Part shown: in pieces, positions 61,736 through 64,000 of the stretch
Numbering within the stretch: position 1 is the stretch's first letter
How the letters are laid out: every line of letters starts with the position of its first letter
NCBI RefSeq assembly: GCF_006345805.1
Contig: NC_043004.1
Location: 29,636,001-29,700,000 of the forward strand
DNA from: Octopus sinensis
Taxonomy: Eukaryota
Direction of reading: 5' to 3'
DNA length: 64,000 nucleotides
Program-made: the position numbers and the translations under genes
Notes under the pieces: generated by a model
What the model saw: only the letters and a program-made list of their open reading frames with translations
Told to the model about the DNA's origin: nothing
Database searches by the model: none

Positions 61736-62120
61736 CTGTATCTATGTGTGTATGTGTATGTGTGTGTGTGTGTGTCAGATATTTCTCCCAATTTCCTCTC
61801 CCTTAGGTCAATCCTATATATGTCTTACTCACCCTATCCCCCTTCCACTCAAACTACAGCCAGCTCATATTACTCGTTCATCCTCTTATCTTGTGATACT
61901 TCTAATTCCCTGTTGCTTACTGAGATTGTTTCAATTCATTCATCTTATCATCTTTATCTAGCAATACCTTTTATAAGCAGTTCTCATTCTGCCTTTTATT
62001 GCTCAGCCACAATATATTATATTCCTATCTTACACAAGTATTTCTTTCTCTAGTATTTGTTTCTCTATCATGTCATTATTCTCATTTATCTGTCATATCA
62101 CTAACCTTCCTTCCATCTAT

Positions 62121-63165
62121 TTTGTGTTGGAAGGTGTAGTGTTGTGAGTTGAAAAGATGTAGTGTTGTTTGTTATGTAGCTGGTATGTTCTGAGTTAGAA
62201 AAGTGTAGTGTTGTGAGATAGGAAGGTGTGGAGCTGTGACATGGAAAGATGTGATTTGAGATTGAAAGGGGTGTAGTGTTGTGAGCTGAAAAGGTGAAGT
62301 GTTGTTTGTTAGATAGCTGGTATGTTCTGAGTTAGAAAAGTGTAGTGTTGTGAGATAGGAAGGTGTGGTGCTGTGAGCTGGAAAGATGTGATTTGAGATT
62401 GAAAGGGGTGTAGTGTTGTGAGCTGAAAAGGTGAAGTGTTGTGTGATAGGAAAGTGTATGCTTGGAGATAGGAAGGTTTAGTATTGTGAGTTGGGTAGGT
62501 GTAGTGTTGTGAGTTAGGAAGGGGTAAGGTTTGTGTTGGAAGGTGTAGTGTTGTGAGTTGAAAAGATGTAGTGTTGTTTGTTAGGAAGCTGGTATGTTCT
62601 GAGTTAGAAAAGTGTAGTGTTGTGAGATAGGAAGGTGTGGAGCTGTGAGCTGGAAAGATGTGATTTGAGATTGAAAGGGGTGTAGTGTTGTGAGCTGAAA
62701 AGGTGAAGTGTTGTGAGATAGGAAGATGTATGCTTGGAGATAGGAAGGTTTAGTATTGTGAGTTGGGTAGGTGTAGTGTTGTGAGTTAGGAAGGGGTAGG
62801 GTTGTGAGATAGTAAGGTGTGGTGCTGTGAGCTGGAAAGATGTGATTTGAAATTGAAAGGGGTGTAGTGTTGTGAGCTGAAAAGGTGAAGTGTTGTGAGA
62901 TAGGAAGATGTATGCTTGGAGATAGGAAGGTTTAGTATTGTGAGTTGGGTAGGTGTAGTGTTGTGAGTTAGGAAGGGGTAGTGTTGTGAGATAGTAAGGG
63001 GTAGTGTTGAGAGTAGGAAAGGTATTGTGTTGTGGAAATTGTAGCTTTGTGAGTTGGGAAGGTGTTTTGAGATAGAATAAAAAGAGATAATGTAGTGAAT
63101 TGGGGAAAGTAGAGTGTTGTGTGATAGGAAGGTGTAGTTTTGTGAGTTGGGAAAGTGTAGATGTA
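62121..63165. repeat. G/T-rich ~22-bp minisatellite with higher-order blocks
   Basis: Unit ~ggaaggtgtagtgttgtgagat. Diagnostic variant blocks recur at ~62180/62318/62589 and ~62243/62380/62652/62834. Confidence 0.9.
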
Positions 63166-63549
63166 TTGTTTTGTATATTGATACTATTGAAACAGTAGAG
63201 TAGATGTTATCAAGATTCTGGAAATATCATCTTAGAAGATGTTTCCGAGGACTTCTATTCATGCAAGTGGAAATGTCTGATGATATTCAGTGTCGAATGT
63301 GAATGATGTCAGTGGTGAAAGGCTAGAAATAAAATGGAACTCACTCAACTCTGTATGTAAACTTTAATTGACTGTTCATATATTCTTATGGTTATAGTTA
63401 CTTGATAGTTTGTGTCTCAGATAGTGTCCACCTGTTTGCAGGGAACATATGTTTGATGCATTTCTCATCTTATGTGCAGCTCCCAATCTAACTCCGTGGA
63501 ACTTATTTTAGTTTTATTCTGAGCATGATATGGATCTTTTATATCTGTT

Positions 63550-63948
63550 ATCTGTCACTTGTTTCAGTCATTTGACTATGGCCATGCTGGAGCATCACCT
63601 TGAATGGTCTTGGTCAAACAAATTGACCTCAGAACTTGTTTTTAAAGCTTGGTACTTATTCTATCAGTCTCCTTTGCTGAACTGTTAAGTTATGGAGACG
63701 TAAACACACTAACACAGGTTGTCAGGCAGTGGTGGAGGACAAACACAAAGACACACGCACATAGGTGCACACACTCACACACATGACTGACTTCTTTCAG
63801 TTTCTGTCTACCAAATCCACTCACAAAGCTTTGGTTGGCCCAAGGCTATAGTAGAAGACACTTGCCCAAGGTTCCATACAATGGGACTGAACCTGAAACC
63901 ATGTAGTTTTGAAGCAAGCTTCTTACCACACAGCCATACCTGCACCTA
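63550..63948 (-). mobile_element. tRNA-derived SINE, full length
   Basis: Reverse complement of the 45772 family. Confidence 0.85.
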
Positions 63949-64000
63949 TAATTTAAATATTTGATCTATAAGCTTTAATATTTGTCAACATTGTTGGTTA

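Overview
AT-rich, microsatellite-dense animal genomic DNA that is almost entirely intronic or intergenic. The repeat families (RTE LINEs with (CAT)n tails, tRNA-derived SINEs, Penelope-like elements, Tc1/mariner, hAT, Helitrons) resemble an octopus/cephalopod genome, which is an inference from repeat recognition only. Most ORF-track entries are microsatellite artefacts or decayed transposon fragments. One convincing host coding exon of unknown function lies at 44880-45149 (+). Three things stand out. (1) About ten minimal type-I hammerhead-ribozyme-like motifs of the Penelope pseudo-LTR kind. They show all three of the C3:G8, G3:C8 and U3:A8 core pairings, have short palindromic stem III, and often sit as mirror pairs in long inverted repeats. 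(2) A complete non-coding LTR element (TRIM-like, 35949-37351) with a tRNA-Ser-type PBS, a PPT and a 48-bp minisatellite starting at the PBS. (3) A textbook Helitron insertion whose empty site can be rebuilt from the opposite arm of a palindrome. All coordinates were read by eye and repeat boundaries are approximate.
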